Source of the DNA: Lytechinus pictus
Taxonomy: Eukaryota
Assembly: GCF_037042905.1 (NCBI RefSeq)
Contig: NC_087252.1
Coordinates: 15,874,001 to 15,938,000 of the forward strand
Reading direction: 5' to 3'
DNA length: 64,000 nt
Below, piece by piece: positions 1 to 17,781 of this stretch. The translations under genes and the position numbers were made by a program. The notes under the pieces were generated by a model. It was given only the letters and a program-made list of their open reading frames with translations. It was not told the origin of the DNA and did not search any database. Numbering within the stretch: the first letter of the stretch is position 1; each line of letters starts with the position of its first letter.

Positions 1-527
1 TTCGATTATCATACAAAAATCGTTGCGTAAATCAAATTTTTTTAGTGATTCACAATTTTTCCAACCAAACAAAAGAAAGATGCTTCTTGTATTACTGAAT
101 TTTTATTTAAAATAGTAGAGAGAGGGCATGCATGTCGTAGACTATTGTGCCACGTGAATTATTAATAAATTATTAGGCTTTACTTGTCAAATTTCTTTTG
201 TAGACAATTAGCTTAATTCTTCTCCGCATTTCATTTGACTGGGGATTCTCCGACTAATTTTGCATCACCATTTGTTAATACATCACAAACATCATCATCA
301 TCATCATCATTATCATCCCCGGGTTATCATCATGCATCATCATCATCGATCAATCGTTAATTCGGCCGGGTCGTTAAATATCCTTTAAAAAGTTGATTTG
401 AAATCAAACAAGCCTAACTTTTTGAAAGAGTTATCAAAATTATATGTAAAATAAGACATTTTAAAGTTGTGCTTAATTAATTTCACAAATATGCAGATTA
501 TTGGTGGATCCAGGGGGGGGGGGGGCA

Positions 528-2282
528 CCCGGCCAGGACCAAAATCCAGTTGAAACCAATTAGAGCAAAACCAATTGAAACCAGTTGGCCAACTGGTTTC
601 AATAGGGAAATTGGCACAACTGGAACCAATTGAAACCAGTTGGCAACTGGTTCCAGTTAAAACCAATTGGGCAACTGGAACCAGTTGGCAATTGGTTTTA
701 ATTGGTTCCAGTTGAAACCAATTAAGCAACCAGTTGGCAACTGGTTTCAATTGGTTCCAGTTGTTCCAATTTCCCTATTAAAATCAGTTGAATCCAATTG
801 GAGGCAACTGGTTTCAATTGGTTCCAGTTGAAACCAATTGGAGGCAACTGGTTTCAACTGCATGGAACCAGTTGAAACTAATTGGTTTCCAACTGGATCC
901 AATTGGAAATTCCAGTTGGAATGACTTAATTAGTTACAAATTAATTAGAATTTGCACTAACTGTATTGCTCATGCCAGAAGCAGTGCTATATGTCTATTA
1001 ATACCAATGTAAAGGGCATTGATAAAATAGACATTCTTAATGTATATTTATTTATATGAAAGATCTTCAAATATATGTATTTGTATTTGATGTAATTTGG
1101 TAACAGTTAGTGGTGTACTAATTATCTTATAACCTGTTTTAATTATAATCTATAACATTTATGAACATGGTTTTCACTGCTAAGTATTCTAAACACTTAT
1201 CTGAAACAAGTAAGGTACTTGAATTAGAAAAGAATTAAATAGATACATTTTAAATGATGATGAATCACATAAGTGTGCACACTGGCAGATAATATGCAAA
1301 TTAACTGCATGGTTTCAATTGGAACCATGCAGTTGGGTAACTGGAAAATTTCCAATTGGAAACCAATTGGAAGTCATTTCCAGTTACCCAACTGGATCCA
1401 GTTAGGATTTCCAGTTACCCAACAGGATCCAATTAGAATTAATTTCCAGTTAATCAACTTTCCAGTTAGAAGTCATCTCCATTTACCCAATTGGTTCCAG
1501 TTAGGATTTCCAGTTACCCAACTGGTTCCAGTTAGAAATCATTTCCAGTTAGAAGTTATTTCCAGTTACCAAACTGGTTCCAGTTAGGATTTCCAGTTAC
1601 CCAACTGGTTCCAGTTAGGATTTCCAGTTACCCAACAGGTTCCAATTAGAATTAATTTCCAGTTAATCACCTTTCCAGTTAGAAGTCATCTCCAGTTACC
1701 CAATTGGTTCCAGTTAGGATTTCCAGTTACCCAACTGGTTCCAGTTAGAAATAATTTCCAGTTACCCAACTGGTTCCAGTTAGGATTTCCAGTTACCCAA
1801 CTGGTTCCAGTTAGAAATAATTTCCAGTTACCCAACTGGTTCCAGTTAGGATTTCCAGTTACCCAACTGGTTCCAGTTAGAAATCATTTCCAGTTACCCA
1901 ACTGGTTCCAGTTAGGATTTCCAGTTACCCAACTGGTTCCAGTTAGAAATCATTTCCAGTTGAAAGTCATTTCCAGTTGCCCAACTGGTTCCAGTTAGGA
2001 TTTCCAGTTACCCAACTGGTTCCAGTTAGAAATCATTTCCAGTTAGAAGTCATTTCCAGTTACCCAACTGGTTCCAGTTAGGATTTCCAGTTACCCAACT
2101 GGTTCCAGTTAGAAATCATTTCCAGTTGGAAGTCATTTCCAGTTACCCAACTGGTTCCAGTTAGGATTTCCAGTTGCCCAACTGGTTTCAATTGGAAATT
2201 GTTATATTCCAGTTAAAACCACTTGAAACCAATTGAAACCAGTTGGAAATCCAACTGGTTTCAATTGGATTTTGGTCCTGGG
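528..2282. mobile_element. Non-autonomous foldback-type DNA element with TIRs and internal CCAGTT/AACTGG tandem arrays
   Basis: Left ccaggaccaaaatccagttgaaacca (533-558) is the near-perfect reverse complement of right tggtttcaattggattttggtcctgg; CCC...GGG termini flanked by CA on both sides. Confidence 0.7.
1375..2200. repeat. ~31-bp tandem repeat (ccaactggttccagttaggatttccagttac and variants)
   Basis: Directly visible repeated unit alternating with agaaatcatttccagtt variants. Confidence 0.9.
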
Positions 2283-2539
2283 CAGCCGGCCCGTGCCCCC
2301 CCCTCTTTGAGAGGCACAATTAAAATTTGTAATGTAAAAATGCTGTCCCCCCCCCTCCTTTTTAAAGTGAAGACCTTTTTTGACTTGTCAGTTTTGACGT
2401 GGACGAAATGTATATATTTTGGGGTTGAAAACCTTTTTTTTTTTGCTTTGTCAAAATTTTCCTCGGGGAAAATGTGACCCCCCTTTTTGGAAAATGGTGG
2501 ATCCGCGGCCTGCTGGTCGGTATGCGATTGAGACATCAT

Positions 2540-3260
2540 CCAACTCACTATTTCTCTTGTATTTTGTTATATTCTCAAATTCTTCTCATTGTCAAGTGAA
2601 ACAACAATTAATTTCTCCCTGAACATGTGCATTGCTTTGAAGTCAATTAAGTTGGTCCTTAATTGTCAACTCTAAAATGAAATATTGTATAATTCAAACA
2701 ACATTAAAAGAAATAGTGAGGGATATCATCGACTATTTGTATATGTCACTGAATTGTTCATATCACTGTTTTGTGAAAAATAGCAAAACTTTCAAAGTCA
2801 TATAACTTTTTATTTTAATTTACATCCCATTTTGATGAAATTTTAAGCGTTACACGCCTTGATTTTTTTTCTGTTCATTCAAATCAACATTTTTTTCTGG
2901 GATGGACTTGACCTTTAAAGCCCAATAAGTCCATGCACCCTCGAAAAATGTTGATTTGAATCAAAATTAAGAGAACAATATAGAACCATTCAAGTATAAA
3001 GCTAAAAATTTGATCAAATTTCATGCATGTAAGCCTAATTAAAGAAGAAGTATAGTGATGCTAACGTCATCAGTCACCTCATTTGCATACTGAAAAGTGA
3101 CCAGCATCAGGGTGACATCTTTTGTGTACATAAACGTTCACAAAGTCATAACTTTCTTACATCCAATGTAATCGAAATTTCTAGTGCTATAATTATGCTA
3201 GTCAAGTGGACGGAGGTTTAAAAAAAACTTTTTGTTTGGGTGGACTTGACCTAGCTTTAA
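2540..3260. mobile_element. Fragments of a TTAA-flanked AGG...CCT MITE family (Kolobok-like), related to 27015-28966
   Basis: ggacttgacctttaa at ~2903-2918 and ggtggacttgacct at ~3239-3252; internal similarity (aaaatgttgatttgaatcaa, cataactttctt) to the 27015-28966 element. Confidence 0.55.
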
Positions 3261-3339
3261 TCTTTCCATGATCATCATTTTCTCAGAGACTGTCGATTCC
3301 GGGACTGTCCATCATAGAGAGTATCAAGTCCTCAATATG

Positions 3340-3960
3340 CACACCCGCCCAAATATCACCCAACATCAATCCATCTCACACCCACACACGCACACTCAAA
3401 CATGCATCAACTTCGACACTATGAAACACGTATCAACCTCACCCACACACACCCGGACATACCTCATCCACGCACGAAAACTCCTATTAAGTTACTAAAC
3501 ACGCATCATACAACCGCACCCACTCACCGCTTGTCCGCACTCTCAGACAGCATTAACCTCACACACAAACGCACTAAATCACAACCTCATCTACATTGCA
3601 CTATATGGAACATGCATCAACCTCATCCATGTACACACACACACACACTCATCCACGCACACATCACGCTCAAACTAAGATAAACATGCATAATGTAACT
3701 TCACACACATGACACACCCACTCAAAAATGCATCACAACCTCATCTACATTGCACTATATGGAACATGTATCAACCTAACTCACACACCCGAGCATGCAT
3801 CAACCTCAAACACACCCTCGAACATGCATCAACCTCATTACTCAGACTCGATCGAACATACACATACCTCACCCACGCACACACTCTGGAACATGCATCA
3901 ACCTCACCCCCACACACTCTTAACATGCAACCAAACCCACACACACACACATTCTTGAAC
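3340..3960. repeat. Degenerate CA-rich tandem repeat (aacatgcatcaacctca...cacacac)
   Basis: Recurring aacatgcatcaacctca motif interspersed with (CA)n. Confidence 0.8.
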
Positions 3961-6224
3961 GTCCACAGATCTTATATCCCTACTCTAGTGCACGAAACAC
4001 AAAATCTGCATAGTTCATGTTTTAACGCCCGATTCTGGTTTTAAATTCTTTGTGAATTCATGCCAAATTGAGATGACAGAATGGATTGCAGGATTCAAAT
4101 CAATTAAGTCATGTCTTTCCAGAGATTATATGGTCATAACACCAAAGCAGATCTATCTTGAATTACAGCATTAATGCCCCTTTTGATGTATCTACTCCAT
4201 ACCCCCTATATAACATGCTAGAAGCAAACACACGGCAGAAAAAATATAAATAGCAACACAAGAAAGAAATGATTAGCTGGGAAATTTTTGGGACAAATGC
4301 GAACCAGTTGGCTTGAAAGAATCACACCAAGTCCGTAACTACTCAAACTTGCCCAGGTTCCCCAACCATAATGCAACATTCTGAGATGTGTAGTCTTGTA
4401 ATGTAGGCACATTTGAATGATAACACGCTCATTCACCAGATCTCAATAATGTACCCATACGGAATTAATATTATCAAGAAGTAAAACGAGTACTTTCCTC
4501 TCAAAAACATTTTAGTTTCTCTGTATATAAATAAAATGTTGGGCTTATTCATTCTCTGCTATCATTAATACTTTTACTTATCTAAAAAGGCTACTGAGAC
4601 GGTGAGACCACACACAGTTCGCTACCCCTCTAAAAGACGAAACAGGGTGCAAACGAGGGATAAAACTAAATCCCTAACAAAACTGTTAGAATAAGAATGG
4701 TTCAATACATGGTACATGGAAACCGTTACAAAAACACAACAAACATGCAGTAACAATTTTTCTTTAAGATCTTTATTATTTTTTTTAAAGAAGGAAAATT
4801 GACATCCTTATGTCCTTTATAAAAATGTAAAACTTTATTGAATTCATTTACACAAATAATCGTTATTCTGACTCTGAATACTAGTACATTGCAGTGAAGA
4901 TGTATATAGCCAGACCAATTTGAATGAGACCATCAATGTATTAAGATTAATATAAGTTATATAATAATATATAATGTAATGTTTTATTGTCCAACTCAAT
5001 GGAAATTCATTTTGTTTACATGCAAACATACACATTACAACACATAAGGAAATATACAAAATCAAGGAGAGACAAATACAAAATATTGGCGTGCACATAA
5101 TACATTTATTCTTATACGTAAGAATGAATAATTTCATTTCCCTCTTGGAATGTGAAATGAGAGCCTTTCATTGTAATTTCACCAAGAAGTCTGGCAATGA
5201 AAACTATACTAGAGTAATATCATCTAATTACATTACAAAAGCATTGTGCATTTGTTTACTTACATGTATTAGGCTATTAATTTGGAATTTTTCCGGCTAT
5301 CAGGATTTCAATTTTCCTATAGTGCTTTCTCTTGGTAAAGTTTTTATTTTTATTTTAAAATAGCTTTTTGAGCAGTTTCTTTACATATTTAGTAATTGGA
5401 TATTAGAAAGTTACTGAAAAAAAAAACCCTGAATTTTTCAGCCCATTCCATATTAAACCCACAACCTACCACTCCGGGGGCTACCATTCATGTAATCCAG
5501 ATTGGACGTTGATGTGTAGAAGCTCCCTTTCCCAAAACCGACATAGAGGGCCTCATGAATTGTAATCAATAACCCAGTGCCTATCTACTCATCTCCCATC
5601 CGCATCAACACTGGGCTGGGAATTGGAGGTCAGGAGACCCTCTCTGGTATCTTTGTGAAGAGAACTTCCACACATCAATGTCCAGTCCAGACTATTGTTC
5701 ATGTGGAATGGTCCCCAATAAAGTTTGAATTTTTGTAAAAACAATACTTATTATATTATCATACCAGTCTATTGCTGCACACTTGTATGCACCCACAAGT
5801 TTCAAACTATCCCTCATGAAGTCTTGTCCATTTATTGCTATGGGAGCAAACAAGTATCCAGGACAAGCATGGCCTATGTGTATCTCTGAATAATACATGT
5901 CTTTTTGATTTCTATGCGTCTGATAAGTCATCAGGGTAATAGGCAATTTCAGTGGGGGGGGGGGGGGGTAGTTTAATGCTCATAAACATGAACACAAAAG
6001 GCAATTAAAAAATCAATTTAATTTTCATAATTGACATTTTATAAGAACACTTGCATAGTCTACATGATGTGTGAGAATAATAATCTTAAATTTTCATTTC
6101 AGTACTGTAGGGTCTAGATCCATAGACTACCCCCCCCCCCCCCAGAATGCTGACCACTAGGTCTGATCATAACAGTCATAAATGTTTTTTTTTTATCAGC
6201 TGTCATACATAAATCATGAATTGA

Positions 6225-7600
6225 TGTAATGTCACATATATATGTATGTAGAGTGAGCCTTGTGGCAGGCAGTCTGGAGTACTCCTCGATAAAGCAAAGA
6301 CATACCTTTACAACTCTCTCTCTGAATATATTATGTACTGTGACTGGAATACTTTAATGTTGTCAGTAAGAATACTACAAATGGCGACAAAGAAAATTTT
6401 ATTTATTTTATTTGTAAATTAGCGAGATAATGTATTTCTTCAGATAAATTGGAAAAAAAGGTGGAAGCATGTCAGCTTTGAAGGAGGTCAATTTAACCCA
6501 CATGGGGATCTATAGCCCAGACATGGACGAGATATTTTGAACTTATTATACTTTTAAAGGGGTTTCGAACTCGGAGCAAAAAAGGGCGTTACTGTTACAT
6601 TGCACAGGATCAAAGGTGCAAGATATCTATTTTGCATTGCCTGATCGAGGAGACAAGTTCTACACCTAAATAGTTTGACCTTAGATCAACTGCGAACTGT
6701 TGCATCCACAACAGAGATGACCAAATGTCAGATGAAGCAGATGAATGCGATGGGCGGACGACATCTCGAGCAAGGAGGCATCCATGCCGTAGCTTTTTTG
6801 AGGTAGGAACCATCAACGAACACAGAGAGGAAGTGAGATGGTCAGCGAGGTGCCGGAGGGAGTGATAAGGCATGATTAAAAAATGGACAAGAGGGACACT
6901 TTGCGAAAGATCCATGCCGTAGCTTTTGTGAGGTGGGAACCATCAACGAACTCGGCGAGGAAGCGAGATGGTCAGCGAGGTGCCAAAGGAGGAAACGATA
7001 AGGCCTGCTTTAGATGTGGATAAGAGGGACACTTTGCAAAAGACCCAGGATACCCAGCAAGGGACAAAACATGTGAGAAATGCGGGGAAAAAGGGACACT
7101 ATGCAAAATGTTGCAAATCCAAGTCTACAAACAGCTCTAAGAAACATAATAGAATGAAAAACTCAAAGGGACTTGTGAACTCAGTGAAATTTGAGTGTAG
7201 TGATAATGATAATGAATATGCTTTCAATGTGTGGCCAGTTATGTATGAAACTCTTCCTATCATCATAGATAAACATGGATGGATGTTGTTGTTGATAGTG
7301 GGTCCACAGCAAACATAATTGACAAGAAGTTGTGGGACCAACTCAGGGAAAAGAAAATAAAATGTAGCATTTGTTCACCAGCAGGTACTAGGTTTGAAGA
7401 CAGACATTTTTCCTCATTTGTAATTTACCCTTTCTTGTACTTCTCTTTACTTTTCTGCCTTTTCTCTCTTATTAGCGCCTTGAGCATTCAATCAAAATGG
7501 AAAAGATGCTATATAAATCATATGTATTATTATTATTAACACTGAGAAAACTCTCAGGAAGTTATATGCATATGGGGCATCTGACCCTCTAGACGGAAGT
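6225..7600 (+). mobile_element. Decayed Gypsy/Ty3 LTR retrotransposon 5' part (LTR, PBS, gag, protease)
   Basis: Putative LTR TG...CA 6225-6379; PBS-like tggcgac 6382-6388; gag peptide QKRALLLHCTGSKVQDIYF (~6577-6633); two CCHC knuckles CFRCG*EGHFAKDP..ARDKTCEKCG..GHYAKCC (~7006-7115, with stop and frameshift); protease VVDSGSTANIID (7279 ORF) resuming as KLYAYG at ~7558. Confidence 0.8.
7385..7537 (+). mobile_element. 3' tail of a LINE/SINE (L2-type) inserted in the Gypsy protease region
   Basis: agcgccttgagca...gctatataaat...(tat)n tail; the protease-like peptide resumes immediately after. Confidence 0.55.
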
Positions 7601-8700
7601 AAGAAACAAGAAGTGTTGAGCCTTTATGGGTAGTACAACAACGACTATGGGTGAATAAACCAGTCAATTTAGACGTGATATGAGCATTGGTTTTACATCT
7701 ATGTAAAATATTGAATTCGGATACGAAAGAATGAGGTATAACAAAAAAATCCAATTACTCCAAAGAAGCTGTAAGAGAAGTGCGTCTTGAAGAGATCACT
7801 GAAAGAATTCCACGCATGGAGAACCAAATTAAATTTCTCGACATGGGGACAGAGAGAGCATGCGGCATCTTTTGAACAGTTCAGAAATCAAAGTGAAACT
7901 TAGAAAGCTCAAACTTGAGAAGACAGAAACAGAAAATAAGTCTGACACCTTAAAGAAGAGAAGGATAAAAGGAAAAACAAAGGAATTGACAGTGGTAGAC
8001 CTTCATCAAAGAAGGGAAAGTTGATGGTCGATTTCCAGGCAGATGAGGAAGAGGTCAAGGTTATGGAGGAAAGGAGTGAGGAAACTGAAAAGGCTAGCAC
8101 TGGTGTAACAGGTGAAGGTTCTGTTGAGAGGAACATGGATATCATTGCAACAGATGATAGGGTAGGTGGATGATCTGTTGTGGAAGACAGGAGCAGGGAT
8201 GTTGGCGAAGTCGGTGCTGACGCGGTGGTTGCAGATTTTAATCAGGTGACGCCAGAACACTGGCCTGAAAACATCAATGTTAACCTTGCCCCAAATGTTA
8301 AAGCAAGAGTAGCAAACAGTAGCTGCAATGAAGATGAGGGTACAGAAAGGAACAACAGTGAAATACAGAAATCAGAGTGACATGACTTTCCCAACGTTGC
8401 TCCATTCAATGAAACTAAGTTGAGTGAACAGAGGTGTAAGGGACTAACTTGAGCAAGTGAGATGGAATATACTATTCGGCCCTATTGGGACTATCAATGA
8501 GTAATTTCATAGACACAAAGAAAATGATCTTTTTAATAAATGACAATCAACCATACTGACGCAGCTTAGCAATTGTGAAAATGGCTGTCAACAAAAGGGG
8601 AATTGCGAGACTGTGTGACCACAGATGCTTTTTACAAAAGTGATAAGGCTGTGAGGAAAGTGATGCAGCTACCCACTATTGTTTTCACTGCTGGCGCAAG
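7600..8700 (+). pseudogene. 5' part of a decayed, unclassified transposase-like gene (acidic/coiled-coil region)
   Basis: Broken + strand reading frames (ITERIPRMENQIKFLD, 8180 ORF); 8355-8690 is collinear with 13758-14110 and 20048-20400, which continue into the motif-bearing relic. Confidence 0.45.
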
Positions 8701-8729
8701 GCAAAAACACCAATTTGTTGCAGTTGCAA

Positions 8730-12951
<4,222 letters not shown>

Positions 12952-13129
12952 CTGGAAGAAAAAAAAATCTTGTTCAGATCATAGAAATGTTACGAGCAAA
13001 GTAAAAAAGCTCTCATCTAAATATAAAATGGATTTTTTTCCTTCAATTTGTTGATGGTGTGTTATCATGTCAAAACTAAGACATAATATATTGTGATTGC
13101 TCTATCCTTTGAAGGACTTTTCAATGACC

Positions 13130-13700
13130 AAAATTGGCAATGTCTTACAGCAGTCTTCAAGATAACTGAAATTTGTCATCTCTGTGGAATGGCTCAGAAA
13201 GACCCCTTAAATAATTCTGAAAGACTGATGGATATTTCTGGTCTTACTGGTGTTAGACTAGTCCAATAAAGATCTTTCAATGGTGTTTCAGAGATCTTTT
13301 ACGCAACAAGTGATCTTTCAAAATTCTTTCCATGGACTCTCCTTGGTCTTTCAATGATCTCTCGTGAGCCTTATAGTGATTTATGGAAAAATCTTGAGAT
13401 GCTGTTGAAAGATCATGCAAAGACTAATAAGAACTTAGAAAGTTCATCAAAAGACCACTGAAAGACCATCAAAAAAATTTTCCTGTAAGACCGCTGAAAG
13501 ACTGGTTTGAACCGTTTCCAAAAGTTTTGGAGATCATGGAGACAACAAAGACCACTGAAAGATCCATCAGGAATCGTGAAAGACCTCAGAGATCTCTGAA
13601 AGTTCTTTGAAGGCCCCTTGAAAGATCAAGCAAGTTTCATGGTCTCACAGCAGTCTTTCAGAGGTCTTGCTCTCAGTGTCTCCCAGTGAAACCTTGTATT
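13130..13700. repeat. Intronic motif-rich repeat (tctttca/tgaaaga motifs in opposing orientation); copies at ~19430-19985 and ~25350-26535
   Basis: Many aaagacc/ggtcttt and tgaaaga/tctttca motifs; copied with each ZF-exon duplication. Confidence 0.6.
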
Positions 13701-13757
13701 CACCAAACAGGATATTAACCTAGATTCTCAAAATACAAAAAAATTAAAAATACATCG

Positions 13758-15560
13758 ACAGTGAAATACAGAAATCAGAATGACATGATTTTCTCAACGT
13801 TGCTCCATTCAATGACAGTAAGTCGAGTGAAACATAGGGGTCAGGGAAAAACTTGAGCAAGAGGGATGGAATATACTATTCTGTCATTTTGGGTTTATCA
13901 ATGATTTAATTCGTAGACACAAGGAAAATTATTTGTAATAGAAAGGACAATCAATCATATACTAGCGCAGCTCAACAATTGTGAAAATGGCTGTCGAGGA
14001 TAGGGGGATTGCGGGACTGAAGGAATTGTATCATATATGTATGACCACAGATGCTTCTTACAAAAGTGATAAGCTGTGAGGAAAGTTATGCAGGTACCCG
14101 GTACTATTTTCAACAAAAAGGCCTATTTGTTCCAGAGTATATATACAATTTCAACTACAGTAGTATGATTCAACACCTTAACCTTGTGCCACCAAAAAAT
14201 GCTGCTACACTTCTCCAAAGTGATGGGAAAGATCTGCTCCCTTGCTTGAAGTGAAAAAGATACAAGCCTTACCAAGTATGCAGCTATTAAATCCCATAAC
14301 CTCAAAACAAGCAGGAAAAGGCTAGAACATAGCACATGGATGCTCTTAAGAAAACTTTTAAGGTGCTATTGCCCAGCGAAAACAGATCCGGGACTCATTG
14401 TGAGATCTTGCAGCTCCACAAGCTACAACCGAACTGAAGGCCTCATCAGGACAAGACCCTGGCATCGACCAAAGTACATTATGCTCTGACAGTGACTTGG
14501 ATATGACCCTGACCAGATCATAAGCAGAGCAACCAAACATGATAGGAACCGAGTCAGAGAGTGATGATTCTCCAGAATATTTGACCACAAAGGTCACAAA
14601 CAGTGAGAAAGCAAAGGAGAAGTTGAGGAAGATAACAAAATTTATCTTGAGAAGGATTGAAAAAATTACTGCCTAGAAGCTGTCAGAAGAATGTTTGTTG
14701 AATCGAAGATTGCCAAAGTGTGTGTCGCGGATAGTAACAATATATACCGAGATACATATAGGGTAAGTGATGGAAATGTATGTGTATGAAAATATTGGTG
14801 GAGCAGTTGCGTGGACAAGAACAGGTGTGCTCTCATTTGACGGAAATTGGAAATGGGGGAAAAGGGTCACATACAAAAGGATATTAAAGTATCTGCAGGA
14901 TCGCTACGAGAATAAGTTCTTGTACGATGGGACGATAGTTCTGTTGTGTGCCTGCCTCAACAGCTATGATATATTAAATGAAATGCACAGATATTATCCA
15001 GGAGAGCCCATAACGGCTGCGAGTCACAGGAGTAACACCTTTTACAGGAATCTGGTGCTAACAGAGATGATACAGCAGGTTTTTCGACTTGACACAACGT
15101 ATACACACAACCTGTGCCATTGAAAGGAAAGCCTCGGCTTACCATGCACACTCATTATGTAAAGAAATAAAGGGCAGTGCTACAGACTACCATGCATCTT
15201 GTTGTGGAAACTGAAGATACAGCTCAAAAGGTGCTTGGTATTGTAAAGGTTTCACAGGTTCACCCGAAGGACCCATCACATCACATGGGCTGACAGGTAC
15301 ACGGATGAAGTAGCGGGTGACATGCAGAAGCCCATCGAATGCATGTGTGTGGCTGGGGCATTGGATGAGGAAACCTTACACCTGGGATTACAGTTTATTG
15401 TGGACCAAATAGCATTTAATTGCTAAATATTGCACACTGTTGACAACACGATATGCAGTTGGTAGGTGCCTTAACCCTGTAGAGCTGATGAATGGCTACC
15501 TGACAAATATGTTCATCCCATCCACCATTCATGGCTCAAATTTTAATGAACAAGGGACAC
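13758..15560 (+). pseudogene. Decayed unclassified transposase-like gene, copy 2
   Basis: Frame-broken peptides GAVAWTRTGVLSFDGN..GKRVTY, FRLDTTYTH, ECMCVAGALDEE, LNPVELMNGYL, MFIPSTIHGSN; many stops and frameshifts. Confidence 0.55.
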
Positions 15561-15574
15561 AAAGCTGCTCTTAG

Positions 15575-16516
15575 CGTGTCCTGAAGGATAAGATCCTGGA
15601 AAGGACAAAGGCGTTCAGCATTCCCCAGCTGGCAGACTATACGTCCAACTTTCTGGATGATTACTACCAACAGAGGCTGATTGATGTAGCCAGTGGACGC
15701 CTGCAGAATGTGATCGCCTCTAGGTATATGCCCCAGGAGAAATCAATCAAGCTCCAGGACATCAGACAGGTAATGAAAGTAGAAGACCTAAAAAAAGTAG
15801 GAATCACCCCCAAAACAGAGGTGCAAACCCAGCTAACAATCAAATGGCATGCTTTCTGAACTTTCTAAAAAAATCAAATTTAGTTACTTATAAGTTTAGC
15901 AATTTCAACGTTTTGGAAAGCTGTCTTTTTGTGGAAGGTTTTGGATGTCTATACTACATATCATGTATGATTTAATATGAAATTTATTAAAAAGTTTTTC
16001 CACATTTTAAATCTAATCTCAAACCTTTTGCTTTTTGCTTTCAAAACTTATGTAAGAACCTACCAGATGCTGAAGATATTCTGCAAACATTTGATCATAA
16101 ACAAAAACATCCAGAAAACATTACTAAATAAGTCAGGAGACAACTTGATAATGGATTAGTAAGATTATTTTGTAAGTCAAGAGCTTATATCCCAATATAT
16201 AGAATAAGTAATTGTAGAAGTGTTCATTAAATCAATGTCAAGCTGCAGTAAATTTTAATGGTGTAAATTGTATTGCTTTAACTTTTGTTTTGGTTATAGC
16301 TCTCAGACTCCCAGTTAATCGTAAGTAGTCAGATTTCACAAGACAGGGGGTACGTTGTCGATTTGGAACTAGGACACTGCTCTTGTCATGCTGGGAAGAC
16401 TGGAGCCCCCTGCAAACATCAGGCAGCAGTGGTGAAACATTTCAGTGTTTCGTCAACAAACTTCGTCCCGCTCAATGACCCGCAGTCAAGACTACTGCTG
16501 TATAAGATCGCAACAG
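15575..16516 (+). pseudogene. Two spliced exons (15575-15769, 16300-16516) of a SWIM zinc-finger, MULE-like transposase fragment
   Basis: Exon 1 RVLKDKILERTKAFSIPQL...IRQ then GT (15770); AG at 16298-16299; exon 2 in frame with YVVDLELGHCSCHAGKTGAPCKH (CxC...CxH SWIM), ending at GT 16517. Confidence 0.7.
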
Positions 16517-17167
16517 GTACATGTTTGAAGCAATATCTAATCTTATATGTATATGGTATTTGGAATTACAAGCTTGGATTCACTTCTTTATGTGATATTC
16601 CATATCTATAATAATTGAGAACTTTCCAAATCTTAATTGTACAATTTCACTGCATTCCGATAAAGATGCAAATATGTCAATAGAATGAATAGACCTCTAT
16701 TTTGTATTCAAGAATCCATACTCAACAAAAACGCTGGTACACAAATTTAAATAATGTAAGCATGATGGTCTGATTTTAATTCACATCCGACATCCCTTCT
16801 CAGATAGATGCCTTCTTGGAGGTTGAATATATTTTTAAAATTTGAATATATGGTTTGACACGGAACAAATTGCAATAAATGTTTTTTCAACTGTTTCTGG
16901 CAGTATTTGAACTTTGGAATAACTTAATAAAAATCGACCAAAATCTGCATCCGGGAAAGTGGTTATTTTAAAGATGGCATCCAAGATGGCTGCCATTCAC
17001 TGAAAATGGATACAATTCACTCATTTTTCACCCTAGAATCCTATTTTGGTTCATATTCCATGATCTGGGGGGAGAATGAATTTGTTGATACAGGCTAGAG
17101 CAAATATAAGCTCTCCAGGGTACCTGGAAAATCTGAGATGGCACCCAATATAACAATTCATCGATTG

Positions 17168-17553
17168 CTTAAAGTGATTGGTTAACATTGGTTTGACTTT
17201 TAAAAAATCTGAGCTAGAAGGTCACACTTGTCACCTGTGTCTGTGATATGTTACAAAAATGAAGCCCAGAAAAAATTGCGTTCGAAAATAATTATTTAGT
17301 GCTTCAAAAATTGAAATATAAAGTGACCGAAACACCATCTTAATTTCATCCCATACACTTATGTGTACTGTTTATGCGTCTATAAGACGCCTATTTACAA
17401 AATCGGGGTTTGCCTTGTAGTTTTAGCTTTTCATTCTCAATAATGGCTGTTTTCAGGGTTTATTAGTTCTAATACATGCACTTTTACACATGTTTCATCT
17501 TGGTTTGAGAATTTTTTAAATCGGCTGCTCACAAAGTTAAACAATACCTTTTA
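17168..17553. mobile_element. TTAA-type MITE (Kolobok-like) inserted in a repeat related to 46380-47600
   Basis: ttaaagtgattggttaac ... gttaaacaataccttttag imperfect inverted ends; flanks 16940-17150 and 17560-17630 resemble the 46.4-47.6 kb sequence. Confidence 0.45.
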
Positions 17554-17781
17554 GTGGCTTTAATTTAGTTTCTATTCAATGGTTTAAAGTGTGAAGTATA
17601 TATTGGAGCAAGTTACAAAGCCAGTCAGTGGTGTGATTTGTGAGAACGGCCTTGTGAGAAAATCTATTGTTACAATAAGAGCAATGAAAAGGTTTTTCTC
17701 CAGTATGTGTTCTTATATGACGAGTAAGAACAGACTTCTCAGAAAATCTCTTCTCACAATGAGAGCAGTGATCAGGTTTTT

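Larger units (their letters stand above)
503..2512. mobile_element. Short GGATCC/poly-G MITE-like element, interrupted by the 528-2282 insertion
   Basis: ggtggatcca(g)n at 503 and tggatccgcggcctg at ~2498-2512; same end style as the element at 28216-28793. Confidence 0.45.

Noticed and set aside
385..1587. ORFs rich in NWFQL/PIGSS
   Set aside because: Translations of the CCAGTT/AACTGG tandem repeat
3268..4044. His/Thr-rich ORFs
   Set aside because: CA-rich degenerate tandem repeat
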